From: Octopus vulgaris
Lineage: Eukaryota
Assembly: GCA_951406725.2 (NCBI GenBank)
Contig: OX597825.1
Location: 56,110,001-56,174,000, forward strand
Direction: 5' to 3'
Length of the DNA: 64,000 bases
The translations under genes and the position numbers were made by a program. The notes under the pieces are model-generated. The model had not been told where the DNA came from, made no database searches, and saw only the letters and a program-made list of their open reading frames with translations. This document shows positions 29,000 to 44,394 of the stretch, piece after piece (the stretch's first letter is position 1; every line of letters starts with the position of its first letter).

Positions 29000-30199
29000 G
29001 TATGTATATATATGAACGTATGCATGTGCATATATATATGTATATATATATACATATATAATGTATATATATATATATGTATATGTATACTCAATTTTTT
29101 AAAAGTTAGAATCACTTCATGAACTACTTGGTGGTCGATAGTTTCGTGTGGAAATAATTCATATATGTCTATAAATGTACACACACACACACGCTCACAG
29201 ACATGTATGTGTATATATATGGGTGTGTATGAATATGTGTATGTGTATGTATATGTGTGTGAATTTTTATGTATGCGTGTGAATATTTATGTATGGATGT
29301 ATGTATATGTTTACGTACGTACTTACGTATACATGTATGAGTAGCGGCATTACCACATACACAAATGCATGCATACATATCTCCCTACGTACATACATAT
29401 GCACACGCATATAATGTGTGGGGTTTTCTGCTTTGCATATTGTGAAATCGCTTCTAAGAACAAAGTATTTTCATCTGTTTGTTTTATACACATATCTGTG
29501 TGTGTGTGTGTGTGTATGAGTGGATGTGCGTATGTGTATGTAAATGTATATATATATATATATATACATACATACACACACATACATACACACACAAACA
29601 GACACACACATATACATACATACACAAGGCACCGAATGCCAATGCAATTTTACAAGGGAGTTTGTTATTCCAAACCACAAGAACTTCAGTTATTTTCTGA
29701 TTTTTCTCTTCGTTTGTTCATTTCATGTTTTGTTCCCGGGTTTTTTGTTGCTTTTGTTGTTATTGTTGTTGTTTTTAAGGTTTTTTTTTTTTACATATTT
29801 TTAACAGTTAGCAGAATAATTTTGTCAGTTGATTCTTATGACAAAATGTGTCATGCTTTGATATAATTTCAACGATGTCTTCCTACAGGTATATCAAACA
29901 TATCTGCGCATATTGAAAGGAAAGATAAGATTGATTTTCGGTATTGTGTGTTTTTTGTTATATTTCGTTTATTTTTCTTGTTTGTAATTTGTTTTTCTGT
30001 GTGCTTATGACTTTTATGTTGTTGTTGTTGCTGCTTACTTTCCCTGTTGTTCTCATTTTGTCGATTGATACAATTCCGACATGTTGATGTATCCACTTAA
30101 ATCAACACACATCTTTGAAACTTTTTCTCGAGGTATTCACTAATTGATGTTCCTGGCAGCCTCAAAAATGAGCAGTTTCTCCGAAACGTTATAATGTAT

Positions 30200-30620
30200 A
30201 TTCTTGATATCCATCTGTCTATCCATCCGTCTTTTCCGCCCACTATTCCTATGAAAGGTCTTAGAGGTAGATTCATCGGTCATCTCCTCTATAGTATTTT
30301 GTCAGAAGCAACATCGTTAGACTTTCTGGCTACATTACTAAACTTGACCAACTGAGACTATGGATGTCTTGTTCTTGGCTGTCCCCTATGTCTCCTACTC
30401 CTAGTTGGTTCAGTTCGAAGAACCCCTCTTGCTTTCTCTCCTGTGACATTCTAATCACATGTCCTTTGTACTGGAGTTGTAACCTCTGAATGCAAAGCTG
30501 CTTGACCTGGAGGGATTCCCTGACCTCCGACCAATGCACGCTCTTATGTAACATTACTCGAATGATTCTTGAAAGGAATCCATTTCGAATGTAGAGTTAA
30601 AACGAGCATGTAAGTAAGGT
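30200..30620 (-). mobile_element. RTE-clade LINE 3' remnant
   Basis: SEVRESLQVKQLCIQRLQLQYKGHVIRMSQER then RGQPRTR (RTE LRWxGHVxRM...GRPRxRW). Confidence 0.75.
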
Positions 30621-32500
30621 ACCTATCAGTAAACCCACATTCCATTTTATGCTGGTATTCATTACTTTTTTAAGGCAAGTTCGTTCTATATCGTTTCTTG
30701 CGTTTATTTGAGGGATATGTAGCAGATCATTTGGGAATGTTAGTGGAGAATTATTGATGTCCTATCCAGGAACTGTAGCAGATGTATCTCCCATCTACTT
30801 AACACTATTGAAAACTGGAACCCTATTATGTAAACATAATTAAGACAGAATTTAATGAAAATAGCCATCTATGTATTATACTTAATGTACACACATGACT
30901 CACCTTATCAACGAGCCAGTTACGGGAATTCGTCTCAGCAGCGGATAGCGAGAGCGCAAGATACATTTAGGACTTTTGAGCCTTTGCAATGGCACATAAA
31001 TGCTTCCAGCTATATGTTCGGACGAGAATTCGCTTCACCTTCTCTAACATTCGCGACATCACTGAATATTTTACTCGTTTTATTTTTTTATTTTTGGAAC
31101 CATTTCGATTCATGAGAATCGGAAATGTTTCAAAAACATTATCATTTACGTTCATTGAACAGATTCTATAGAGAATAAAAATGTGAGTTGTATTCGAAGG
31201 AAAGCGAGAAAGAGGGGGAAGAGAGAGGAGAGAAGCATGCTCAAGTAAACGATTGCAATTTCGACTTTTAACCGGGTTTCGTTTGTTCAGGCCATGCAAT
31301 TATGCTATTGTGGTTGCAACATAACTGAAACATCCATCATTTTGTATAAATTCAGAAATGCTGTTTACAGAAGTTGTCTCTTTTTTCTATTCTTCGATTT
31401 TTCGTTGATAAAGAACAACTTTCAGAAACGTAAGATCTTGTCTTCCTTCGTTATTGTATAAAATAAAATTATCTTCTAGTCATGATTTTTTGTTACAGAG
31501 TAAAAGTCATTAACTTGTACTTTCGAATCTTCCTTCTAGTATCAAAAAGAAGAAACTTGTAGAACTCTGTACGTGTGTGTGTGCGTGCGTTTCTTGTCTC
31601 TGACACCTTTATAACTGTCCACATCTAGACTAAAACAAATTGCACACATATAACACTTCTTATGCTTATATCAATTCAAATCGATTTTATTTTCTAATCA
31701 CTTTTAGAAAGCATACTGATGGTATTTTTGGAGAACGTCCCAGAATATTCCCAAAGACTATTAGATAAGAGTTAAAAGCCAAGATTTCCATATTGATGGA
31801 GTAACGGACTACCAACGGTATGGTGATGAGTCTCTACGTTCCAACTGTGGCAAAAAAAAAAATAATTTTGAATTGATGAAAACAACCTAAGTGTAAATAT
31901 GTAGAAGAGGGTGGAATTTCACGATGTAAGGGACAGGAGTACAGCAGCTGCAACTATGACGTCATAATAGGATTAATTTAGACAGCCAAAGAGTGCTACA
32001 ACGGAAAGAGTTAGCCAAAGATGCATCAGAAATAATCCCAAAATTTATGAATTCCCACAATTAGTAAAAACGAAGCGTTAGTACGATGCAACAATATTAC
32101 TAATACAGCTGCTGTCACGGGCTTCAGGTGCCAACAAGTCAGCCATATTAACAAATTAACAGGAATATTACGCGACGACTCTCATCTTACTTCAGTGTTT
32201 CACTTTACAGTTTGCTGTCAACTAAGTTTTATTGCATTCAGTCTCTTGTTACACTGGAGACAATTCAATTATAAACATCGCCATCCAGCGGGTGCAATTC
32301 CGTTCATTACATCAATGTGTTTAAAATTTGACACTTATGTATACCGCATTTAATAAAATGTGTTACGTATTTGTATATATATATGCCTCGCTCTCTCACT
32401 CTCGCACTCACTCACTCCTTCTGTTCCATTCAACTTCTCTTATACTCGTTATTCTCTTTCCTTCTATCCTCTACGTACATATATATGTATATCTACACAG

Positions 32501-32566
<66 letters not shown>

Positions 32567-32728
32567 GTGTGTGTGATTGTGTATAGAAGAATATATTAAT
32601 AAAAAGAATTCCAACCTTGTCTGATTTTCACGTTTTATTTACAATCTTATAATGATATATTATAAGATAATATATTATAATTGAATAAAATAAAATGAAA
32701 TAGTAGAATGTTAAATATTCATTCTGAT

Positions 32729-32773
32729 TGAACTAGTACTTTCATGCATTGAATTCTGCAATCTTCGGGTTCA
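32729..32773 (-). ncRNA. Minimal type I hammerhead ribozyme motif (PLE-associated, U4C variant)
   Basis: UGAAC-CCGAAGA-uUGCAgaauucaaUGCAu-GAAA-GUAC-UA-GUUCA: perfect 5-bp stem I and palindromic AGUACU stem III. Confidence 0.75.
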
Positions 32774-32836
32774 TGTAGTAGTGTTGACAGTCATGCTTCA
32801 CAATTTTTGACTGTAGCAAGATGAGTGATTCTGTGC

Positions 32837-32950
32837 TATAAATACAGCTGGGTAGGCTCCAGAGTGCTAGGTTTTGCAAACTGTATTCTGACCAATCAGT
32901 GTGTAGTATCACTCAATTACTTAAGCTGATTGGTTGGTTGAGCTGATTGG
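32837..32950 (-). promoter_or_regulatory. Putative PLE pseudo-LTR promoter
   Basis: Minus-strand CCAAT at 32946-50 and 32929-33, and TATTTATA at 32837-44, about 65 nt upstream of the hammerhead. Confidence 0.4.
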
Positions 32951-33267
32951 TTTAGGCATCACGCTTTGTTGGACAGGTCAAGAGTCCTGTATCTTGACCC
33001 TGGCCGAAGCAGCAATTGTTGGGTTATTTTTAGAAATGTTGTAAATATCCTTTGTCAGAGATTTTTATATTTTTATATTTCAATTGTCATCATCATCATT
33101 GTCAGCACCTTAATTATTGTTGCTAGTGGTGATGGTGGTGGCAATAGAACTTTTAACCCTAAATAAGATAATTTTCCTGCTATCTTCGTCTTGATCACCT
33201 TTAGTATTGTTGTTGTTGTTAGTGGTCATGGTCGTAGCAGTGGAAGTAATACCTCTAAGTATTATTA

Positions 33268-34855
33268 TTATTGCTTATTTAGCTTGGGTTCGAATTTATC
33301 AATAAAATTCTTTTCTCTGATTTTCCTCTCGATTTCACTTGGGCTGTGTAATTTGTAGAATGGAAATATTATATATATTTTTTCCGACCACATGTTGCTA
33401 GGTGGTTACTCAAAGGTATCTGACGGACCTCTGGGTCTCTAATCTGTTGCCGGTGTACACGTGAGCGTTCTAATAGTGCGTTTCCCGTCTGACCTACATA
33501 TATTTCTTCACAATTTGGGCATTTGATGCAGTAAATTAAATTTCTGCTTTTGCAGTTCATATTCGCGTTTGTGAATATTTTCCCGGTTTTTGTGTTTATA
33601 TATTGACCGGTATGTATGAATTGGCATGTGCCACATCGGCTATCATTGCATTTAGATACCGTGAATGTTTGGTCTTTGTTGCTGAGGTCAAATTTTGCCT
33701 TTGTTAGTAATGTTTTCAAGTTTTTAGGCTGTCTTTTACTAAGCACCATAGCTCGATCCTTGATTATGTCTTTTAATTCATTACTTTGGGCAATGATTGG
33801 TAGGTTTGCTTTGGCAATGTTGAAGATATTCTGGTGACATGGGTTGTGTGTCACTATGAATGGTATGACTTGTTCTTGTTTTCCTCTTCCTTGGGTTGTC
33901 CTAAGTTGTTGTATAGGTATTTTTATAGCCCGCTGTATGCCATTTTCTATAAGTAGAGATGGGTATTTTTGTTTGAGCAAAAATTCTCTTAGTTCTATTA
34001 GGCGTTTGTTCCTGATATTTGCATCTTCTACAATAGTACAAATTCTTCTGGCTAGGCAGTATGGGATGTTACGTTTTGTATGTGGTGGATGGCACGACTT
34101 AAAATTTAGGTATTGATGTGTGTCTGTGTGTTTATAGTATATATCTGTGGTGATGGTGGTGTCTTTTTTAATTACCATTATATCCAGGAATGGTAATTTG
34201 GTACTACTCATCTCCTTTGTAAATTTGAGAGATGGGTGTAGGTTGTTCAGGAGGATATTGAACTCTTCCAGAGTATTTAGAGATTCTGTCCAGATTATGA
34301 AACAGTCGTCTAGGTATCTCTTCCATGCCTTTTCAATATACTTTCTAAATCCAGTGCCATAGTTTACCTCCACCTCTTGGTAGAGTTGTTCTTCTAAGTA
34401 TCCCATTACAGAGTTGGCGTAAACGGGAGCAAACCTCGTTCCCATCGCCGTGCCTCTAATTTGGATGTAATTCTTTCCATTGAAGAAGAATGTGTTATTT
34501 TCTAGAATAAGTTTGACTGTGTCTAATATAAATGGCACTGTGAATCTGCTGGGAATCACTTCTCTATGTTTTTCTAACCAGTATTTAATCGCCTTTATTC
34601 CTAAATCGTGTGGAATATTGGTGTAGAGGCTTACCACATCAAAACTTAGTAAAACTGAATTTGTTTCTGTTGTTTTGGGAAGATGGGATAGGAAGTCGAT
34701 GTCATCCCTGATGAAACTTGGTATGTAAGTACATAGTGGTTTCAAAACAATGTCAATAAAATTGCTTAGACGGTGTGTAGGGCATGCTGGACCAGCTATA
34801 ATAGGTCTAAGTTTTAGGTCTTTTGGATGTAATAATTTTATGTACTCACTTTCTT
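33268..34855 (-). pseudogene. PLE reverse transcriptase plus GIY-YIG endonuclease
   Basis: LRPII, SFDVVSLYTNI, GTAMGTRFAPVYAN, RYLDD, Cys linker KCNDSRCGTC, NLIYCIKC..IYVGQTG. One frameshift near 33380 resumes as IFPFYKL...IREKNFIDKFEPKLNKQ* (stop 33268). The first ~18 aa of the tracked ORF come from the adjacent SINE. Confidence 0.92.
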
Positions 34856-34861
34856 GTATAT

Positions 34862-35701
<840 letters not shown>

Positions 35702-35750
35702 AGCACTGACTGATATACACACACTCACACACACACGCACACACTGATCC

Positions 35751-35789
<39 letters not shown>

Positions 35790-35913
35790 GGCTTTGTGTG
35801 TGAGTCTGTATATATATATACACATATACAAACACACACACACACATATATATAGAGAAAGAGAGACAGATAGAGAGAGAGAGAGACAGACAGACAGACA
35901 TACACACACACAC

Positions 35914-35987
<74 letters not shown>

Positions 35988-35992
35988 GTAGG

Positions 35993-36066
<74 letters not shown>

Positions 36067-36380
36067 TAGGTAGGTAGGTCGGTAGGCAGGTTGGTAGGTA
36101 GGTAGGCATGTAGGGACGTTGATATGCAGGTTGGTAGGTAGAAAGATGAATTTGATAAATCCATATACGTGTGTATGTGTGCGTGTATGTGATTATGTCT
36201 GTATGAATGAATAAGAGTGTGTATTGAATACTGTATTGATTTCGTTGATGAACATTCAGTTGTTCGATGAACTTAACTGTCTGCCAACATATATTAGCAT
36301 GCAAGTGGCGGACTATTCCACATACACATACACACACACATGACCAGGCGTTAAGGAATGGATTAGATAATATATATATA

Positions 36381-36422
<42 letters not shown>

Positions 36423-36423
<1 letters not shown>

Positions 36424-36930
36424 TAGCAGTATCGCCCGGCGTTGCTCGGGTTTGTAAGGGAAATAACTATATAAGCATTTTTAGAGAGTTACTTCCCTTA
36501 TAGATGCCAATTCGGGCTTTCTTAGCCATTTCTGTTTTGGTGTCTTCAAGCCATGAAGTCGTTGTTCTAAAAGAACGCTGGTCTCCTTGACAACGCTTTA
36601 CGACGTTGATTTCCTTACACTCCCTTCCCCACAGCTTCACGAGGGAGGGAAGAAGGGGGAAAAGCAAACAGGTGCAGGTGTGACCATGGACGCCAACTCC
36701 GCCGCCATCGACACACGAAAAATTATGCATTAAAATGGAATAAAAAATGATGTTAAATTATTTTTAAAATCGTAGACTCATCGTAGATGCGCGCTAATAC
36801 TCAGACGGGCTTCATATGAATCACGACTATAAGATACCCGAATTTGGTTAAACTGCACCGCAAAATGTGGGAGTAGTTAGGAATCTAAATCGAAGGGGAC
36901 ATACACTCACACAACTACAGTTTTATATAT
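36423..36930 (-). mobile_element. Non-autonomous Helitron
   Basis: Minus-strand 3' end has the hairpin cccgagcaacgccggg followed by CTAG|T; the 5' end runs into TATATATAAAA; sits in (TA)n. Confidence 0.7.
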
Positions 36931-37044
36931 ATATATATATATATATATACTTTATTTTAAGCAGCAGAAAATTCAACAAAATTATGAGTTTCTTGTTGCC
37001 GTTCATATATTATACCACTGGTATTTGATACTCTTTTCCATCAC

Positions 37045-37087
<43 letters not shown>

Positions 37088-38202
37088 TTTCATATTTTGG
37101 TACAATACCATCAAGTTTAGGGGACGGCAAGTCGATTACATCGACTCCTGTGTTCAACTGGTGCTTATTTTATTGACCCAAAAGGGATTAAAAGTAAAGT
37201 CCACCTTGACGGAACTTTAACGCAGATAATATACGTATATATTAATTTTGATAATCGGCAGAACTTACAGAATGACTGAAAGGCCGAATTGCTTGTCCAT
37301 TGACTATACGGTCAAAAGAAAGCGAGGGCGAATGAGGGGAGAGAATAACAGATTTATGTCCGTACGTTTGTTTTCATGTACGTTTGTTTATGGATGTACC
37401 CAATCACCACACACGGACACAGAGCAAGCATGTGGGTGGGTGTATGGGTGTGTATGTGTGCGTGTTATTGATTATAAACACATCGCTAGTAATAATGTTC
37501 ATGAAGATGGTGCTAATGGTACTGATGATGACATGTGACGTGGTGCTGATGATGACATGTGAAAAACTCAAACACAGATACAACTACACACACACACATA
37601 CACGCACACCTACATACACATACACACATGCACTCACATACACATACACGCACACCTACATATTTACACATACACACACACACACACACAAGGGAATTAA
37701 TGGAGAGCACCCACGCAAATTCATGGATTATAATACATCTCTATCCAAATCCTTCCCATAAATCTCTTAAAATATTTTCCAAACCTTTTAGCTTGCGAGT
37801 GCATACACATTCGTAAATACACGCTGACACAAATACTCATACATAGACGTACATACATAAGGTTCTTATGCCTTAAGTACCCCACAGAGACACAGACAGA
37901 CACAACACACATTTACACATATACACATACATAATTGCTAATAGACATACACACCAATACCATCTGGCTACACTAGCCGCATACTAACACTCATAGGGAG
38001 GTACACATCCACTGACGTATAGAGGCTGAAATCAACACCAAAATCGATCATAAACCAAAACACACACGTTGGTCAAAATAACCCCCAACACACCAAAATC
38101 TCACTTGCACATACAGACTGCGGTCGGACACAACCAGTTACCTAGTGTATGCTGAAAGATGTACACATATACACCTAATGCGTGTTTAAGTTATCTGCTC
38201 CT

Positions 38203-38605
38203 TAAGGCGGCGAGCTGGCAGAAACCTTAGCACGCCGGGCGAAATGCTCAACAGTATTTCGTCTGTCGCTACGTTCTGAGTTCAAATTCCGCCGAGGTCG
38301 ACTTTGCCTTTCATCCTTTCGGGGTTGATTAAATAAGTGCCAGTTACGCACCGGGGTCGATATAATCGACTTAATCCGTTTGTCTGTCCTTATTTGTCCC
38401 TTCTGTGTTTAGCCCCTTGTGGGTAGTAAAGAAATAGGTATTTCGTCTGCCGTTACGTTCTGAGTTCAAATTCCTGCGAGGTTGACATTGCCTTTCATCC
38501 TTTCGGGGTCGATAAATTAAGTACCAGTTGCGTACTGGACTCAATCTAATTGACTGGTCCTCTCCCGAAAAATTTCAGGCTTTGTGCCCAGAGTTGAAAA
38601 GTTTC
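38203..38605 (+). mobile_element. SINE family B, dimeric form
   Basis: A box agctggcagaa-like, B box gagttcaaattcc; body repeated twice with different tails. Confidence 0.85.
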
Positions 38606-38760
38606 TCTGCTCCTTAAAAGTATAAGTCCAGTCAGTGTCGTTGGACAGGATGAGTCGTATAACATCTCCGTATGCTTTTTCGCTAACAAATAGACAGACC
38701 CAACATGAAAACTGAGTACTCATTTGAACTATGTTCTTCGATGTATAAACACATAAATAG

Positions 38761-38833
<73 letters not shown>

Positions 38834-39467
38834 CACACATACGTATATATACATATATACATACACGCATGCATGCATACATACACACATACATACATAC
38901 ATACATACATACATACATACATACATACATACAAAGCAATTCTTCGGTTAACGTGGCTAGATATGTTCACAAATAATACAAAACTAACTGAACCTGCCTT
39001 ATCTAGAGTCATTATAACAACACTAGTTTAGTGACTTATTTTCATTAGTGATACATAGATAAAATAAATAAACATCGACAAACTACTGATAAATCCAGAG
39101 AGTCACGGTCACTCTCTCCAAACACTTCATAACATCATTACGTGATGTCACGTATTGCAGTGTAAACTTATGATGATATGAAAAGCAATTTTACTTAATT
39201 AAGGCGCTGATATTGTCATAAAAATCATTGAAAAGCTTATTTTTTATAAACATGAATCACAAGTACTCAGGTTTATTAAATCAGGTGAAAAGCAGTAATG
39301 CGAAATAGCACAGAAACTGCTATGTTCGGTTTGAGGGCAAACGCCCTTCTTCGTCCTTATACATTTATATATAGTTGATTTCCAATGAATGCATCTAATG
39401 CAGTTTGTATTTCCCTGACTTTTCTCTTACAAAGTACTTCACGGTAGAAGGTTTTTATATCCTTGAT

Positions 39468-39636
39468 AATAGGCGCAGGAGTGGCCGTATACTAAGAAGC
39501 TTGTTTTCCAACCACATAGTTCTGAGTTCAGTCCCTCTGCGTGACACCTTGGGCAAGTGTCTTCTACTATAGTCTCGGAGCGACCAAAGCCTTGTGAGTG
39601 GATTTTGTAGAGGGAAACTGAAAGAAGCCCATCGTA
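39468..39636 (+). mobile_element. SINE family A head (tail at 40130-40365)
   Basis: Head and tail halves are separated by an inserted element. Confidence 0.75.
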
Positions 39637-39721
39637 TACATACATATATATATATATATATATTTATATACATATATATGTAAGTATATATATATATGTA
39701 TGCATATATATACATACACCC

Positions 39722-40105
39722 ATAGTGATACCTCGCAGTACAAGTTTAATTCGTTCCATGACCGAGCTTGTCTTCCGATTTACTCATTTTACTAATGAAT
39801 TTTACCCATTGAAATTAATTAAAATACAATTAGTCCGTTCCAGCTCCCCCCGCCCCGCCCCGCTCCCCCCACCCCCGCAAAAAACACTAAAAAATTATTT
39901 TTTATGGGTTTTAAAACAGAAAAGGTGTTGTTACAAGTAAACTCACAATTATAAAAAAGAGAATGGAAGAGAAATATATAAACTGGATTTATTAACTGAA
40001 TTGCCTTAAAGATGGGATGATTTGTGCGCACGTACCGCGGATTACCGCTCGTACTTCAAGACAAAAATTCGCACGAAGCTCGGCTCGTACAGCAAATCAA
40101 TCGTA
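39722..40105. mobile_element. Tigger/pogo-like MITE nested in the SINE A microsatellite
   Basis: Left end agtgatacctcg resembles Tigger CAGTnnnnCCTCG; right end is degenerate (..ctgta). Confidence 0.45.
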
Positions 40106-40449
40106 TAATCGTGTACTCTGCTGTATATATATGTGTGTGTGCGGTGTATGTATGTATCTGTGTTTGTTCCCCCACCCCTCCCCATCGCTTGACAACAGAT
40201 TTTGGTGTTTACTTCCCCGTAATCCACTCGTTCGACAAAAGAGACCGATAGAATAAGTACTACGCTAACAAAGAATAAGTCCTGGGGGCGATTTGCTCGA
40301 CTAAAAGTGATGCTCCAGCAAGGCCGCATTCAAATGACTGATAACAAGTAAAAGAATGAAAGAATATAAGAATACCAATTTGATGTACTGCAGCGCCCCC
40401 AGTCGGGATTATTTTCAGTAAGCTGGAACGTGATTTCCATAACCATGGT

Positions 40450-41750
40450 AAATCTGTTACGAAGCAATTCGTAGTAGAAATGATTCTTTTTGGCTTACTA
40501 ATGGCTCCCTAGTTTGATCTTCAGACCCATTTCTTCTGAGCGGCTCTATTAAGTCCTGCTTTTCTTCAATAGAACATCTCTTAACACAAGACATAGTTAA
40601 CCTCTCCAATCTCCATCATTGGTTTTTCACATTTTCTCTTCCTGGGCCAGCTCAGTGATTACTGGTTACTAGTATTGTTTCATCGGAAAATTCCATGAAA
40701 TCATTTCATACTTCTGTCCATAAAATTTTTTCAGTCTCTTCATGCAGTCATCAGTTATTTCGAGTTATACTGCTTTGATGTTATTTATAGCCGTTATGAT
40801 TTGGTAGTTTTTACCAAATGTTAGATTGTTAATCTTGGTCATCTGTTTCTTTAGAATTGTTTAAAATTACGGCGATAATAGTGGAATTTAATATTAGAAA
40901 ATTCACCTGATCCATGTGTTGTAGAAAGGCAGCGCTGTTTGGTAGTAGTAAATTATTTCGGCATCAATGAAGGTCAAGATACTGGAAGCAGTGTCTGGAA
41001 TATTATCAATCACTAGAAATAGCTTAATTTCAATCTATTTGTGATATCTTTTCACTGCTGGACGAAAGTCTAGCAAAAGCCGCTGCGTGAAGATGTTTCA
41101 TGTCTTCCAGGCCTTCTTTGCCGTCCTCACATTCACAGATTTATGTTGTTTTGATGTTCTCCATTTTGGTAGTTGGTTTCCTGAATCATGAGCGAGCATT
41201 GGCTTTAGCTCCTCATGCATTACGACCAGATATGGGTGTCAAAAGGCACACATTTTCAAAAAATAAAAAAGTCCGATTGATCTCAGTTCAGGGTAGATAG
41301 TTGTCATGCGCTCCCATAAACCTTGCAAAATCTCATACCTACCTCGATATCTACATGTTCAGCTGCATCAGAGATAAAAATGCTTTGCACATATAACTCT
41401 GCTCCTTGTTTATCCTAACACTGTTTATATACTGCTCCTTGTTTATCCTAATACTGTTTGTATAGGCTCGATGTTGACCCTGATGCGGATGTCGTGTAAA
41501 TTATACTGTTGTTTGAATGTGTTCTTTGCTTATTTGTTACAGATGTTGTTAAATTTCCACCAGTTTGAATTTTTTTCTTTTTTCTTGCTAATCCTAATTT
41601 GTGCGTTGCGCTGATTTCTGCCGTTTGAATGTGTTCCTTATTAAACCCGAGGTGGATATTTTGTAATTTATACCGCTGTTTAAACATGTTCGTTGTCAAT
41701 CCTGATAAATTATCTCCATCTTCCTGCTCACTAATATTTAAAATTGTTCT
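40450..41750 (-). mobile_element. Possible very old LTR-retroelement pol remnant (RNase H/integrase)
   Basis: Faint motifs QTAEISA..LGL, IIYTTS, FLVIDN, DQVNF; heavily disrupted. Confidence 0.25.
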
Positions 41751-42112
41751 CTGCTATTCCATTATAAGTTGGTCTCATGACATACTTTGCTGACCAACTC
41801 TATACTATATTTTATATACATAATCCTCTGTACGTATGCATGTACAGTTGTTCGATAAATTGAATGACCATAATAAGGGATTAATAAACGATATAAATAA
41901 GTATTACAATGGTATGTGCCCGTTTAATCAAACTCCCAAGTAGACACGGCCTGAAACAGAGTGACAAAGCAGGAATTTTGAATTACTGGTATACTCTATT
42001 CGGCAAGCTTCTGTATAGGTTCCATCACCTCAGTTCCACTCACGAGTCTACACACACACACACATATATAAATATATGTATGTATATATATACATACATA
42101 CATATATATACA

Positions 42113-42204
<92 letters not shown>

Positions 42205-42478
42205 TACATAGCTTTATGCATACATACATACATATATGTATATACACATGCCTATTTATGCACACACATATATTGCATGATATATGCATGCATGTGTGTG
42301 TGCATGAATGTGAGTGCGTGTGTGTACGTGTGTGTATGTGCATAGGTATATAAGCAGATAGATAGAAGTTGGTTGGTAAATGAAGAGACAAATAGATAGA
42401 TATGCACTCTCACATGAATACGTACATAAATACACACAAGCATACACACATATATAGATATATATGCATACATATGTC

Positions 42479-42674
<196 letters not shown>

Positions 42675-43064
42675 GGTATATGTGTGTGTGTATGAGTTAC
42701 TTGAGTATCGTTCTGTAGAGCTGTATGCGAGCGTTCTCTTTTCTCATCTGAAACTGGCAATTTCTTTATATGAGCAATGAAGTAAAACATTAACTAGTCT
42801 CTGTCCCTCTATTACACTCTTTATATTCTCGTCTTTCACACCTTCTCTTCCCCTCTCTATTACTATATCTCTCCTTCGCTTATCTACAAACTCTACTTCT
42901 TCTCCTTCACCGTCTATATATAAGTATTAGTACACGGATCTTCCCCCTTATACTCTCCCCCATCTCCTTTCTAACTACTCACGGCTAAGTTAAATATGTA
43001 CAAGAAATATACTAATGGAAGTCGCATAAAAATATTTATAATAATAGATCGGGTGTGCTAAATG

Positions 43065-43175
<111 letters not shown>

Positions 43176-43384
43176 GTTAGCTAGCTATCTATTTATCTAT
43201 TTATCTGTTTAATTGTCTGTCCGTCTGTCTCTTTGTCTGTCTGTCTCCCTCCACACACATGCATACATGCATTCATACTCACACACATAAATTAACCTAT
43301 CTCTTTTTTACCCTCACTCTTTTTCACTTTCGGTGAGTATACATACATACATACTTTTCTATATGATAGATAGATAGATAGATT

Positions 43385-43438
<54 letters not shown>

Positions 43439-43540
43439 GAGGTAGATAGATAAAAGGAAATCTATAGACAGCGAGATCATTTTAGTCAGCCATATTTAAT
43501 AGATTCTTCACATCGGTAGAGAGACAATTTTCTCTGTTCA

Positions 43541-43620
43541 ACAGCGCCACCTGCCAAGAACGCTTGTTTATCCAATATATCGCCTTCCCTCACGCTCGTC
43601 CCCTCTACCCGCCATGTTCT
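43541..43620. promoter_or_regulatory. CTCF-like and YY1-like motifs in unique sequence
   Basis: gcgccacctg (43544-53, reverse complement CAGGTGGCGC) and ccgccatgtt (43609-18). Confidence 0.3.
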
Positions 43621-44394
43621 GCCTCATACATGGGCGGTTTTTACATCTTGACAATCGATTTACTAAAGAACAAAGTGTTTTTCTCACACAGTTTATCCAT
43701 TCTTTTGGAGAATTTGCAATAGCTGCGTGGATACGGTGTTTGCATTTCGGCTGAACGTTGAAGCTGTATGATTGAACAGATATAAGTTTGTCGACTATTT
43801 TATACGTAGAAAGCCGGCTGAAATTGCTGTTGACTTGAAGTTTTATTTCTGAGGTACATAAGGTTTTATTGTGTCTTTTCTCATTATTATCGTTTAGTAG
43901 TGTCTTATGCGTTGGAAAACAGTGCTTTTGGGAACGATAGCTGTGCTAAACGAGCTTGTCTACTAGGAACAGATATCAGATGGTCTTACAATTTACATTG
44001 TGACAGAGCAGTGAAAGACAACATCAAGAATAGATAGCAGATCATATGAGGAGGTGGTTCTGAAGAGACAAGTCAACACACCAGGGATATGTACCAGATT
44101 ATCTGTTAATGTTAGTAGTTTAACTAAGAATATTACATGTGACTCAAACAAATGGTTTAAATTTCAACCATAGGTACCTGATTATCTGGGTGTATTTAAT
44201 GTCTTAGAAGCCAGAAGCAAAATGTGCACAATTATTAGGCAATTTTAAGTGTGAGAAATTAATTTAGATGTCAGGTAAAAGTATCAGATATTCATATCAA
44301 TATTTACCTGTATTACGATAAACTATGTGCCAGGTATATGTATCAGACCATTTGGCAAGAGAGCAGTTATAAGTTCAAGATTATCAGGTAATAC

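Larger units (their letters stand above)
32580..34855 (-). mobile_element. Penelope-like element (probably Neptune clade), 5'-truncated, with pseudo-LTR region
   Basis: RT plus GIY-YIG ORF followed by ~690 nt carrying CCAAT boxes, a TATA-like motif and a hammerhead motif. Confidence 0.9.

Noticed and set aside
29889-29940. Possible small exon after ttcctacag
   Set aside because: Weak donor (gtattg), no recognisable peptide and no supporting exons.
36980-37010. Partial AUGA..GAAAC hammerhead-like piece on the minus strand
   Set aside because: CUG is missing and stem II does not pair.
39310-39360. Hammerhead-like ACGAAGA-AGGGC guuu GCCCU-CAAA on the minus strand
   Set aside because: Three core mismatches and no convincing stem I or III.
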